Positions 14,901 to 27,400 of a stretch of 64,000 nucleotides of DNA are shown one piece after another. Positions within the stretch are counted from its first letter, which is position 1. Each line of letters starts with the position of its first letter. Source of the DNA: Lepidodermella squamata. Taxonomy: Eukaryota; Animalia; Gastrotricha. The stretch is taken from assembly GCA_047495785.1 (NCBI GenBank), contig JBLDXI010000013.1, positions 4,663,704 to 4,727,703 on the forward strand, in the 5' to 3' direction. Position numbers and translations under genes: made by a program. A model generated the notes under the pieces. That model was not told the DNA's origin and ran no database searches. It was given only the letters and a program-made list of their open reading frames with translations.

Positions 14901-15717
14901 TTTTCAGAGATAAAACACGTTGTCGCTCTTTGATGGGCAAATTTTAAAAAGGTTTCAGTCTTCAGCTATTCATGACAGAAAAATTTACTTTGAAAAGCTA
15001 CTTTTGATAACTTACCACACTGAGACTGTGTTTGCTCACAAGCTCGTTGACTCGCGCAAAGACTTTTCGCCATACAAAAGCCCAGACCGGCTGAACACCT
15101 CGAACAAGGCGTGCCATCGATATACGGCAACGCGGCAATTCGCCGCGGCGCACCGTCAGCGAAATAACAAACCAGCCGGCCGTCATCGCAAACATCGCTA
15201 TGCGAACAGCCGACAAACGCCGATTCAGCCCAAACCAGTTGAAGAAAGTTTTTACACGACAAATCAACACAGTCCCAAGTTATGTTGAAGTGATACTGCT
15301 TCCTCTCGATCAGCCATTTATTGAGCAGGGTCGACATATTCACGACCTGGCCCACCCCCAGAGCGACTACATAGCCGATCAAAGGGTAGGGCTTGAAAGG
15401 TATCGTCTTGCTGAGGGCTAACATTTGCTCAGAACCACAGCGGGTTATGCTATTTTGCAACCGAGATTGCGCTTCTAATCGATCGTCCCATTCCTAAATC
15501 GAAAAATCGGGCTGAAATAATACAAAAATTGTCCGCGCAGTCGACAAACCAAAACCCGCATATTCGCACTGGGCGGGAATTCTGAGAAATCACCGATCGC
15601 AACTCTTCGGCGCAGGTTGTTGATAACATTGAGAATTGTTTGTTTTTGCGGTTTCGATAAAACAGCCTCGGTAACAGGTAATAAAATCAGCAACAAAATA
15701 AACCGCCAACGAGTCAT
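11958..15717 (-). CDS. Secreted CAP/SCP (CRISP-like) protein with EGF-like and ShKT domains; last exon unresolved
   Basis: Exons 15717-15550, 15493-15016, 14590-14445, 12249-11958. Signal peptide MTRWRFILLLILLPVTEA. CAP motifs ILNVINNLRRRVA...PPSANMRVLEWDDRLE and QLVWAESAFVGC. Hinge PYIDGTPCSRC. EGF CAHG.FD..TCSCTCHTGWSGARC. ShKT CSDIRPDC.....GAC......HMERECRVTCGYC. A donor at 11957 implies a further exon, or read-through to the stop at 11869. Confidence 0.85.
12571..12747 (+). mobile_element. Degenerate Gag-like zinc-knuckle remnant in the CAP-gene intron
   Basis: Translates to ...PIGPQCFGCFEYGYMRYQCPN..., a CX2CX4(H>Y)X4C pattern, with no accompanying pol ORF. Confidence 0.5.
13500..14130 (+). 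mobile_element. Decayed non-LTR retrotransposon (CR1/L2-group-like) ORF2 C-terminal remnant
   Basis: LKYNQRLLKFDLLYFNQMWLIRDLAMAFEII (about 13548-13640) and FSFVRTAKLWNLLPASINSLTSL (about 14023-14092) resemble the typical Y..RL..L.L..L..RR...DL...FKII and F..R....WN.LP motifs; interrupted by stops. Confidence 0.65.
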
Positions 15718-15899
15718 TCTTTTTGTAACAACAACAACATGACCTTGAAAATTTAAGAAAAATTTCAAAAAAGAGACAAGAATTTTAATTAGGCTTTTAT
15801 TGCTTTCGTATATCCGATAATGAGCGGCTATAAGGCGTGCATAATAACACATCCGCGTTAATAAAAACACGTGTAGAAACAATTAAGGCTACATAGGTA

Positions 15900-16283
15900 T
15901 TACAGGCGAATGCTGTCGAGATACTTACGCATACGCGCGACAGCCTGTTCGTATAGCGAAATATCAAGATCGGGTACGCTGCGCATAATTGTCGCGCTAA
16001 TAGTATACGCGGCTAACGAAGTCGGCGATGCACCGGAAGTCGACGCCACGTTTAATGCGCCTACTATTTGAACAAGTTCACCTGGCTGGGCGCGTTGATG
16101 GCCGACGACGCCGGACAAATCGACTCCAATCGTATGGCCACGATCCGACAAAGACGACATGCCGCGTTGCAGGACACCCGTCGTGCGTATTGTTTGCCCG
16201 AGTATCAGCTTTCCCGACTTAACAAAATCGACGACTTCTGGTAGAAAGACTATAGTTGCGTAATTAGGCAGAGGTGCGTCCAT
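15900..16283 (-). CDS. TEN1: CST complex subunit TEN1 (telomere OB-fold), intronless
   Basis: 127 aa; LP...VFLPEV...GQTIRTTGVL...G.LVQIVG.L...ATIMRSVPDLDISLYEQAVARMRKYL parallels the TEN1 pattern (RTFGRL...GSLYIVLGEL...ARVLTCVEGMNLPLLEQAI) from memory. Confidence 0.8.
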   Translation of the reverse strand: MDAPLPNYATIVFLPEVVDFVKSGKLILGQTIRTTGVLQRGMSSLSDRGHTIGVDLSGVVGHQRAQPGELVQIVGALNVASTSGASPTSLAAYTISATIMRSVPDLDISLYEQAVARMRKYLDSIRL

Positions 16284-16310
16284 ATTTGCGAAAATCTGTT
16301 CGGTAAATAA

Positions 16311-16610
16311 TTACGACGCTGGGGCGAAGCGGCGAGCAGCTGATCGAGAATTAGCCGGGCCGTTGCTTGAAAGGTCTCGAATAATCTCGGCAAGGGCCTC
16401 TGGGTCGACGCCGCGTTCGATCAACTGAACGCAAATGCTCAGAGTTTCGCGATCGAGCCCTGTTTGAAGAATCGTAGATAATTCGAACAGCAGATCTAGC
16501 GCTTGGCGCCCAGCTAGACTGGCTGATTGGCTGGACTGAGAAGGCGGGTTTGTTCCGAATGAACGAGGAGCACCGGTAGCTTGGTTTTCTTGGTCCAGCT
16601 CAGCAGGCAT
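16311..16610 (-). CDS. MZT1: Mitotic-spindle organizing protein 1 (MOZART1), intronless
   Basis: [43 protein letters not shown] is the MOZART1 signature. Confidence 0.93.
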   Translation of the reverse strand: MPAELDQENQATGAPRSFGTNPPSQSSQSASLAGRQALDLLFELSTILQTGLDRETLSICVQLIERGVDPEALAEIIRDLSSNGPANSRSAARRFAPAS

Positions 16611-18135
16611 ACGAGAAAATAACGTTTAAAATGGATCTAAGAAAAGAACAAATGGGGAAGATGATCGACATAAAGTAATATAGAGCGACAGTTAAAAATA
16701 ATATGCTTGATAGCACGTTAAAGCGCTATCAATTTTCTTGTCAATTTTAAACTTTCAGTCATAGAGAACAAATGGTATTTTCTCTATGCTTTCAGCATAC
16801 GTTTGGTGTAAAATAAGTTTAAACCAACCCATATATCAGCAAACAAGCTTCACTGCAATGAATAATAATTTAATTGCTTTAATACCATAGATTAGCTTTA
16901 CTTTATAAATCTCCAAGATCAGTTCGTTTCTTGTAATGAAGAGAAAATTTACCCCAATGTCGGCATCAGATATAATTCATACTTTCATGGGTGTATCTGA
17001 TTGCTGACTGTGTGTGCTGCTTCCGGACGCGAGATCATAGAGTGCACTCGATTTACCATGTAGCATGCATAAGATTAATCGCCATTGATGAAGTGGCATG
17101 CTAGTAATATCGGCGAATTCACGTGAAAATTAATCAAGGTTATCCAACTATCGACGGTTTTATTCTAATTAGGCTATTCTACTTAATCGAATTGATGAGT
17201 TGTGGATCAACAAAACCATCAACCAAGCCGATTGGAGAGAGAATCTATCCAACATAATTATCACAAATTGAATGCTGAATGTGCTGAAGAATTTGTTTTA
17301 TTTCTAAAGAATCTGGAGACTGTTTCCAATAGGCCTCTAATGAATGAAACAACTACTAGCTGGCCCTACCTTCACAACATCCACACAGGCAAAATGTTGG
17401 AAGCTAGAAGTGAGACGGTTGGTAGAGTTACGTGATAAGAGGTAAGAGTAATTCACTCCGGAGAGATTAGCAGCCGCGCTCCGAACTCAGTGGCGGGAAA
17501 GTTAAATGATATTGACGACCGTCCAACAGCCACCGACCCTAGAGGAGGCGGGACATGTCTGTATTCAGTATTTAGTTCAGTAAATAGTTTGTATTCACTA
17601 TTCAGTGCCCGCGACGGGTAAATTATTGTCGATGGCTTCGATCATCCTCGATCATCGTCTTTTAAACCCACCTCGTTTGACGTTATAAAGGCTTGAGAGA
17701 ATGGATTGTTCAACGATAAGAAGTTTGACTTTACAGTTAGTAAGCATTCTCCAAGCAAACCGCTAGCATCGCATAAATATAACCTGTCAATCACCCAATA
17801 AAACTTATAGTTCGAATGCCTGATTGTAATCATTATCAGACCATTAAGCCTAATGACGGCCTAACTATCAGTCAACTAACTGTCAAATTTAGTAAGCGAG
17901 ATGCATTATCGGTTGTTAACTCGCAAGTCAAAGTCCCGAATAGCCCACCCTTTAGCGCCCTACCCTTATGCCTAGGGAACCCGGGACCCTTTTGCGACAA
18001 AAACTCTCGTCACGGAAGCTTCAGCTAATGTTTCGCGCCATGATTTAAAAAATGACTTTCAACAACAAATACTATTAATCATTACACTTAAATAACATAA
18101 GTATTTTAATTCAAAAATCAAATATAAAATTTTAA

Positions 18136-18162
18136 GTAGCAACGTTTTCCCTCGTTACTATG
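18136..18162. promoter_or_regulatory. Possible RFX X-box half-sites upstream of HYDIN
   Basis: GTAGCAAC and GTTACTATG about 300 bp upstream of the ATG of a ciliary gene; half-sites only, no full palindrome. Confidence 0.3.
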
Positions 18163-18460
18163 CCCTGTCCTCACGCAAATCTCGCCGGCGTCATACAGGC
18201 CAACCAAGCATCGGCAAGCGGACCCAGGCCACTTACTGCTGAAGTATGAAGTCGTCAATATAAAACTCCGAAGATTGGATGGAAAGCTTATGTGTGTTAG
18301 ATTTTACTTACAATGTGAGCGAAAGACACTCCACATTTTGTTTTGACCAGCATTTCTTCTCGTGTTTCTTATCCGACTCACCGAATCTTTTCCAAATGCA
18401 TTCAAATTTCACCTTATTGTTTAACAATTTGAATTTTACAACGGCTAGGTATATTATTAA

Positions 18461-21400
18461 ATGGCTTCGGCTATATCGAAGCCTCCCGATTTGGCAGCAG
18501 AGCCTAGCTCTCTGCAGAAAACTTGGCTGTTGGATCCCAATATTGGATTCAAAAGCAAAGTAGCTGTTCCTAAAAATCCCAAACTTCTGAAAGGCGAAGC
18601 TGCTAAAGTTCAGCCCAAAACCTCTCCTTCAGCTTTCATGTACAAGATGTCGTTAGATACAAGGCAAATTCTTGACGAAACTCACGAGATGCGAGTTCCT
18701 AAGAAAACGAAACTCCTTGATATGGGCGATACCAGCTATCAGCGCTTTTCGATCGTTAACGTTGACGAGTGCATGTTTCAGCCCTTTCCTTCCGAAATCT
18801 ACTTTCAGAAATACAAACCTTTTGAGACTTACGAGATCCCTCTCCTATTTCGCAACAACGATTCTGTTCCTCGTCTGATCAAAGTTACACAGAAAGATTC
18901 GCCCTATTTCAAGATCATCAGTCCTCACGATGTTGGTCATAAAGTAGGCGCAGGTTTGGCCACTATCTTCCGTGTTCAGTTCATTCCAGAAGATACCAAA
19001 GACTACGTCCACGAAGTGCAGTGCATAACCGAGCGCGAAGAGTTTGTCATACCGATAAAGTGCATCGGAGCAAGGGCGATTCTTGACTTCCCGGATGAAG
19101 TTAACTTTGGTTCGGTGCCTGTGAAGCATATTACCAGTAAGACGCTCTATGTTCGTAATATTGGAACTTGCGATGGCAAATTTCAACTGACGTGCGATGG
19201 CCCGTTCAAAATTGACCCATGGGAGGGCGTTGTTTGCGTGAACGAGGCTATCCAAATCACCGTTTATTTCCGCCCTCAGACTTCGGGTTTTCACGGTGCA
19301 GACATGAAGCTTCATTTAGACACAGGCGATGACATATACATCAAGATGTCTGGAACTGCAAATGATGCAAATGTTCGTCTTGACAAGAATCAAGTCAAAA
19401 TCGACAAGACTTACATCTCGCTCGCCAATCAGCGAACTGTCACAATTTGCAATAGCAGTGATTTCGTCGCCAAGTTTAAATGGACAAATTTATCTACTGA
19501 AATGGAGGAGGAGCTAGAGCGCCAAAAGCGGCGATTGGCTCTTGCTGTTGAAGAACAGCGCGACTCTGAGCGTGCCATTCAACAAGCTGATATAACTGCT
19601 AGGGACGAGTTATCTATTGTCAAGCAGCTATACAAGAATAAGCAGCGACAGTTGAATGATGACCGCTTCCTTTTCTCAGACGACGTGATTCAGATCTCGC
19701 CGCTTGAAGGCGAAGTTTGGCCGAATAGTACATGCGATGTCGCTGTGTTATTCAAGCCTTTCTCAGCTCAAAATTACTCTCGAACTGCTTATCTCGACAT
19801 AACAGGCCGCGAAAGTAGGATTCCTCTTAAAATTCAAGGCGAAGGCATTGGGCCCAAAGTTCAGTACAGCTTTGATGTATTAGACCTCGGTCACGTTTTC
19901 GTTGCCTCAACGCATACTTATGAGGTAATTCTAACAAACCGAGGTGACATTGATGCGATGTATTCGATAAAACAATCAAACACGGCATTTGGTCGATGTT
20001 TCTCATTCAATCCAACCGAGGGGATAATCACAGCCAATAATGACTCATCGTATCAGGCTATCGAAATAACTTTCGCTCCACCTCTCGGCCTACTTGGAAG
20101 TTTCGAGGAGGAATTTGAAACTGTGATAGATGGCCTACCGCAAACTATGAAATTGCGATTCCGAGGTTCAGTTATCGGCCCAACTTGCGGCTTCAATGTG
20201 AATGAGCTGGCTTTCGGACGCATTCCTTACGGTTTCGTGCAAACTCGAAACTGTGTCTTGCAGAATACCTCTCTTGTACCAATGACGTTTCACCTGAGAA
20301 TGCTCGCTGATGGCAATGTCGACGTTTTCAGCACAGCTACTGAAATCATGAGCGCTGAGATTACTAATCCGAAAGAATTCAGGATCACTCCAGAAAGCGG
20401 GGTGTTAGAGCCTGAGTCTTCCGTCGAAATCAAAGTGGAAGTGCTTTCGCTTTCAAAGCACGACCGTCGCTATACAACTGCGCTTGTCGTTGACGTTGAT
20501 GGCGTTGGAAGTGAAGTTCTGAACCTGCCAGTTTCTGGAGTTTGTATTGTCCCGCAGTTGACAGTTCGCAACGCTGTTATCCACGCGGGTCGATGCTTTT
20601 TGGAACACCCCTACTCCGTCAATCTTATGCTGTACAACGAGTCCGATTTGCCATGCAGATTTCAGCTGCTTCAACAGCCAATGAATTCGAATTCACCGAT
20701 TTCCTTCCAAACTCCAACCCCGAACGGCTTAGTCGATGGGTTAACCGACGTTCAAGTTCCTGTTGTGATGAGGGCGAGACAGTTGGGTGATGTCTCCTCG
20801 GTGTTGTACGTGATGGTCGTCGGAAATCGCGACCCGCCCTCAGCTGTTCATATCGAATGCTGCGGCCAGGGCCCAGTGGTTAACATCCATCTGCCTAACC
20901 CTGAGCTGAACTACGGCAAACTTCCAGTTTTGAAAGATTGCCCGAAAATTATTCAATTATCGAACGAATCGCCGATTCCAGCGAAATTTCGGGCTTTTCT
21001 TCAAAAGGCTGACACATCACAATGGCGAGTTGATACGGGCGAATCGGGAGAAATTCCGCCTGAATCGTTTTACAATCTAAACTTGGTCGCAAATTTGAAC
21101 GATACTGTCAAGTTTCAAGACCGACTTGTCGTTGAAGTTACCCATAGCCAAACTCACACGGTTAATCTAGCCGCGACTGGGGTTGGTACCACGATTGTTT
21201 TCGAGCCGAAAATTGCGCCAACTTTCCACGCTGGTTCGGTTTTCTGCAAGCGAATGATTGAGTGGCAATTTACGGCAACAAATCGCGGTCGTAGAATTCA
21301 CGATTTGAGGCTGAAAAATATCTCCCACGCCCCGAGTCAATACTCGAAAACGCAGTCGAAAGACAGCGAAATTCTCGAGCAAAACGCGATTTTCCGCATA

Positions 21401-24400
21401 AATCCACGCCATATGGAGGTTCAGCCAAACGAAAGCCGGCCGATAACGATTTCGGCGTATTGCGACGACGCTCGTCCTGTAACTGAATCGTTCACTGTCG
21501 AGGCAATTGTCGGTAAACACGGCGCGAAAATTTTGCTCTTCAAATTTGACTTCAGCGCTGATTTCGTCAATCCAATTCTCAATATTCTGCCTAAACAGCT
21601 TTATTTTCGAATCGATCGATACCCTGGGTCGACTTTGACGGAACAACTGGCTAAATTAGCCCTGCAAAACATGACGCCGTTGCCCTTGACCCTAACAATG
21701 ACCCTGCCTAACCCTTTCCACATTTTACCAGCGATTGAAGGTGGTTTGGATCAAAGTTTGACTCAGGTAGAAAATGGCGAAAAATTCGTTCGGCATTTGA
21801 AGCCTGACGAGGGCGTTGAACTTGATGTTCAGTTTAATATTGCCGATAAGGCCGATCAATACTCGGCGATTTTCGACGAAACCGTAACGGTAACGTTTGA
21901 AGAACACCCAACTGAAGAGAATTTCCGGGTTCGCGGCGAAGTTTTCTTTCCGAATTTATCGTTCGATCGAACTGTTGTCGATTTCGGTTGTATTGTTAAC
22001 GACACGGAGGTGACTCAAATCGTCAGCATGACGAATACAAGTCCGATGGATGTTAAATATCGGTGGTATTTCTTGATCGATGGCCAGCCGATAAGTTTTA
22101 ACCCGGATATTGAGAAATTGATGGAGGGCTTCACGACAGTCCCGGCTGTTCCTCTTAAACCAGTTGCGTCGTCACACAAGGAATTATCAGGGCTGACAAC
22201 CGCGTTTGGCGAAGTCCCGGACCAGGAAAACGGGGACGGATTTTCGCCGATTAAATTCACCCAGGGTGATGCGGAGGGTACTGTTGAGGGTGAGCCGGAA
22301 GCTGAATCCGAGCATCACGTTAGCCAGGAGAATCAAGACGGCCAGGAACAGGGTTTCCTTCAGATGTTGAACCAAAACGGGGAGAAGGAGGAGAAATATC
22401 AGAATGAAGCTATGGAGAAAGACCTAACCCCGCCAACCGATCAAAATACTGACCAAGCTCTTGGACCTAGGGCTCATACTATGATGGAGGGGGCGAGTCC
22501 TGATGTTATGGATGATTCAGCTCGAATTCCACCTTTAGCCCTCCACCGAGCTAGAACTACCCTTCAACTCCATTCCAGGACATCAATGGCCCCACACGGC
22601 TTCAAATCGACCTATAGGAAGCGAATTATCAACGAAAATCTCGCATCGCTAATGCAGAACCCATTCGGCCCGAAAGAGCCTAACGTAGCTATCGAAGAAG
22701 TTTTCGACATTCGCCCATTATTTGGGACATTGAAGCCAGGCGAAACTGAACGCGTTACCTTCGCATTTTTCGGCCACGCTTTTGTCAACGGCCGCGTTAA
22801 GGCGATTTGCGAGGTAGTTGGTGGTCCTAAATACGAAATGCAGCTATGCGGCCAGGCTTCACTGATGAAGTACGAACTCGACCAGTTTGAAATCGATTTT
22901 GGGTCGTTTAATTTCGATACAGTCGGCGAGAGGACGTTTCACATTATCAACAGCGGTGATGTTGGGTTTAATTTTACAATTTCGCCTAATAATTGCCCGT
23001 TGATTGACGAAGGGTTCATCCAAGTCCAGCCTGGTTGCATCAAAGTTAGCCCTGTTAGCGGGTATCTAGCCGGGAATAGTAAACAAGCCGTTAAGGTTCA
23101 ATATCTCCACGGAATGCCCGATTTTTTCGTCAAGTCGTTCAAGCTTCAAGTCGCTCATTTCCCGCCTGAAATCGTGCAAATTTTCGGCGAAGCTTCCTAT
23201 CCTAGGGTCGCGTTGAATTTGCCGTTTTTCGACGAGGAAAGCGTCTACCGGCCACTGGCGAAGAAAGTTCGCGATTTGGTTGAAAGCGAACGCCCCAAAA
23301 CGTTCTACCCCAGCGGAAATTTCGCCCCAAGTGAGGATGAAGTTCAGGCTGAAGTCGAGAAAATGTTGATCAAAGACTTGCTAGCTCTAAATGGGTCTTT
23401 TGTCCTGAAAACTGGCACTGGCATTCGAAGGCCGCGAATTCTGGACTATTTGCTCGATTTTGGTCACGTTATTATGGGTGCGATTCGGACGAAGTACATC
23501 AAGATTACTAACGCTGGGCAAGCTCCGGTTTCGATCAACTTCGACTGCAAAGCTCTGTCGAAGAAAGGATTTCAGGTAGGAGCGTAACATAAATTCAATT
23601 TCTTGCAAGTCTTTTCAAGTTTTATTTAAAGTTCTCTTGTTTTGCAAGATCAGCATACATTTCAAATTCCAAAATCAATTTTAATTTTTTTTAAAGTTTT
23701 GAAAAACTTAAATTAAAATTTAAAAAATTCCAAAAATTAATTTAATTCAAATCTGGAAAAATTGGAATTTTTGTCTTATTATCAGCATTTTTATGATTGA
23801 ATTGCTAAAATTTCCAATTTCCAAAATTGGGCGAGAAAATGGATTTTATGGATAATTTGATGATCAAGCTCGAATGTTTTTTCTTCTCTAGATTGAGGTG
23901 GATCGGATTCGAAATTTGCCCCCTGGCGAAACTCTGGACGTAATGGTTGGTTTCGACCCACGTTGGGCCAACCTTGAATTCGGCCCAGTCGAGGCCCATC
24001 TACCCCTCGAAGTCAGCGACGGCCTTGAATACTACATCCACTGCCGGGCTAACGTCACCATGCCCGAGTTCATTTTCAACCAAACCGTCGTCAGTTTCGA
24101 AGAAGTGCGCGTCGGCGAGGTGAAACTCATCACCATTCAAATGATCAATTCAAAAGAAATCCCGTGCGAATGGAGCGTTGTTAGCCGATCAGCGCTAGAC
24201 GCGGTTAAAATCGATAAACACGTCCCGCTTCACCTGCGTAAGAAAGCGATCAAAGCCGCGTTGCAATCGAAACCGCCTAATGTTTTCGAAATTTTACCAT
24301 CAAGCGGAATTTTACTACCCGGCCAACGATTTAACGTCCAGGTGAAATTCATGCCGCTGGAAGAGCGGGCTTATGACGATAAAATCACGGTTAAAGTCAA

Positions 24401-27400
24401 TCAAAGCAGTACTAGAGTGACTCTTCAATGCCGCGGAAGTGGCATGGAGCCGCGGATTGAGTTCGACCCGACTCTGGTCACCCTAGGCCCGATCTTACCG
24501 CACAGCTACGGCGATGAAAAGGACGTGATTATTCGAAATCCTTGCCCTTTCCCGATCGAAATCTACAACTTGGAGCATGATAAGCAATATTTGCAAGACG
24601 AGCAAATTTTGCGCTTAGTCCGCGGCTGGGATGCGAACAGTTTGTTGCTGCTACCCCCTAGACCGGCGGGGGACCGTTTACCGAGTGAATTGCTCGAGTA
24701 TTATGACGATCATTTGCGCAAGTTGAGCGATGTTGAAAAGTCTGAATTTGAAGCGGCCATGTATGGAACGGCGCCGTCTTTGCCGTCGGCTGCTGCTACG
24801 ACGGCAACAGTCGTGGTTCCGCCTGAAGGATCGCCGACTGCTGACCGCGACGACGCTTTCATTATGCCGGGTGCGAAATCGGAAAAGGCCGATGCAAGCT
24901 CTGAAGGCAAGTTTTCTTAAATTTCGAGTTTTAACCACGGAAATGAGCAATTTTCTTTTAGGAATTCTAGCCATTCAAATTTTAGGTTGTCAAGTTGAAA
25001 GTTCTAAAGTTTCAATTCTTATTTTGAATTCAATATTATTGAAAAATTTGAAATTTTAACTTTTTAAAACACGAAATTGTTGGTTCAAAAATTTGAATTT
25101 TTTTACAATTGACCACACTTTCGAATATTGATATTTTCAAGTCGCTTTTAAGTTGTTTGTTCGTCGTGAATTGGGACATGTAAGTAACAAGACGAATTTT
25201 GCTCTATCGAAATGGCGCGTTTCAATCGAAATTTATGTTCAAAAACATTCGGGGCTTTTTGGGGGTGAATAAAACACGGAGAAAAAGGCTGAATTTCGCA
25301 ATTATTTATTTATTTATATTATTAAAATTTACAAAGTGAGTAATAATTGAGCGATTATTTACACAAGCGTTTGATTAGGAAGTAGAGAACAATGATAGCG
25401 AAGTTAACGTAAATTTTCGGAGCAACGATTCGAAAGCTGAGTTTGATTTCGTAGATTCGATTTTCGTGTTGCTGATCGTCGAAATTCGCCAATTCGTAAT
25501 TGATTTCGATCGTTCGACTGATCAAGTGACCGCCTTGCCAAATTAGCGGCACATCCGGATTTAAAGCCGGGTGAAAATCATCCACAATGCGGCGAAATTC
25601 TGCACCGATTTCTTGCAATATCTGAAAAAATTATAAATTCATAATTTGAACAAAATTATGCAAACAAATTACCTGAATTGGCGAGAATTGGCCGTCATTC
25701 ATTTTTGGTTGATGATGCGTGGTAATTAAGCTAGTTAATTTTGCGCGTTAATTAACGATGTTGCACTTGCGGCACAAATAGCAATAAATGAGCGCTTTAT
25801 AGTCATTGCTTTACTCTTATGCATCCGCATATACCAAGGTATGTGAAACAATATATGTACTAATAATATCAATGTTATTAGTAATTGAATCACGTGCTAA
25901 GTGGTTAATTAGTTGAGTCTCTCGAAGCAAAATAAAAGCGGCCAGGGTGTCGTAAAACTTAACGATTTTGCGCGTCAAAGGTGCGCACCGGCTCGTAAAT
26001 TAGGCGCGGTTTAATTGCCGTCCAATAAAAGTGTCGACCGCCTCACTTTTTTGTGTACTCGCTTACCTGTCGCAGGCGCCGGATCGACGGGTCGTAAATC
26101 ATTATCCGCGTTTATTGCGTTGCCAGGTGTTGCGAGGCGTCAGGTGCGCTCTTCAAGACATTGTACTCAAGTCAAGGATTATTGACCTGCCAATAAGGAC
26201 TCGCAGAGAAGAATCATAAATTTCTCACTCCATTAGCCTATTTTAATAGTTTACAGATAAACAATAAAAATTGGACAACTTGTGACTGTCGTAGTCAATA
26301 GCGATTGCCTTTTATGATGTCACCTGCAAAATTGACATTAATAGAAGGAGTCGTAAAATAGATGAGAGACTAACTCGTGAAATTGGAATTAATGATTAAT
26401 TGAGACGAGAAGATATAGAAATGACGGGAAACAGGAAAGAAAAATAATTTCTGTATCAGACCGAAAAAGTCTGTAATCAACTCGGACTTTCAAGACAGAT
26501 GTAGTTATAGCGTGTCCCATAACTAACGCTAGCAAAGATGGTACACGGAAAAGGGTTCAGAAACTAAAATGAGAAAGGAATGGCCAGAAAAATTCGAAAA
26601 ATTCAAAAAATCACGAGAACAGTAATCAATTATGTCACGTTTTGGGATTAAAAAAAGTCAGGAGAAATTGGGTCCAACCGGGTAAAATACCGAAAATTAC
26701 CGAACCTATTACCGTCGGGGGTTTCCAGGTTTTCTTCGGTATTTTCGGTATTTCTTCGGTTAAATCGCGATAATATTCTCGTGGTAGGTTTAATTTAAAA
26801 TAATTAGTTGAATTTCCAAATTTAAAAAGTTGTTGCGCTACTTCTGGGACACGCTCTGTATTAACGTTATAGGTATTGAAGAGTAAAAATGTTTGGAAAT
26901 TTGTTAATAATTCTGAGTCCTTTTCGACAAAAGATGAAGTATTTTTTTAATACCTAGAAATTTCCATTTTAAAATTCAGAATAAAAATGGTCAGCCAAAC
27001 TGATTAATTTTTTTCGATTTTATTTATTGCCGGTATTACTCTCTAAAAATCTTATTTTTCTACTTACAGAAGTCATGAAAGACGTTGGCGAGTTGGAACT
27101 GACCCCAGTAACGCGATCGATCGCGCGTTACCTTGGCATCGACCTGTCACCGGAAGGCCGAACGGCCCGAAACCGGCGCGGCATAACCATCGTAATCAAC
27201 GGCCCGCCAAAATCCGGCAGGTCAACCCTGGCGCAACAGCTAGCCGCCAACTACAACGGCGCGTTGCTAACAATCGACGGCGTTGTGACGGAAGCAATCA
27301 TCCGTGGCACAACCCCCGCGGCCATTCGAGCCCGTGAAATGTGCCAGGAGGCGGCTAGGCGGCGATTGGAGGAAATTCGTGCCGCTGAAGAGGCCGCGCA

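Noticed and set aside
16800-18030. Short ORFs between MZT1 and HYDIN
   Set aside because: No recognisable domains or splice structure; possibly decayed repeats, but not assignable.
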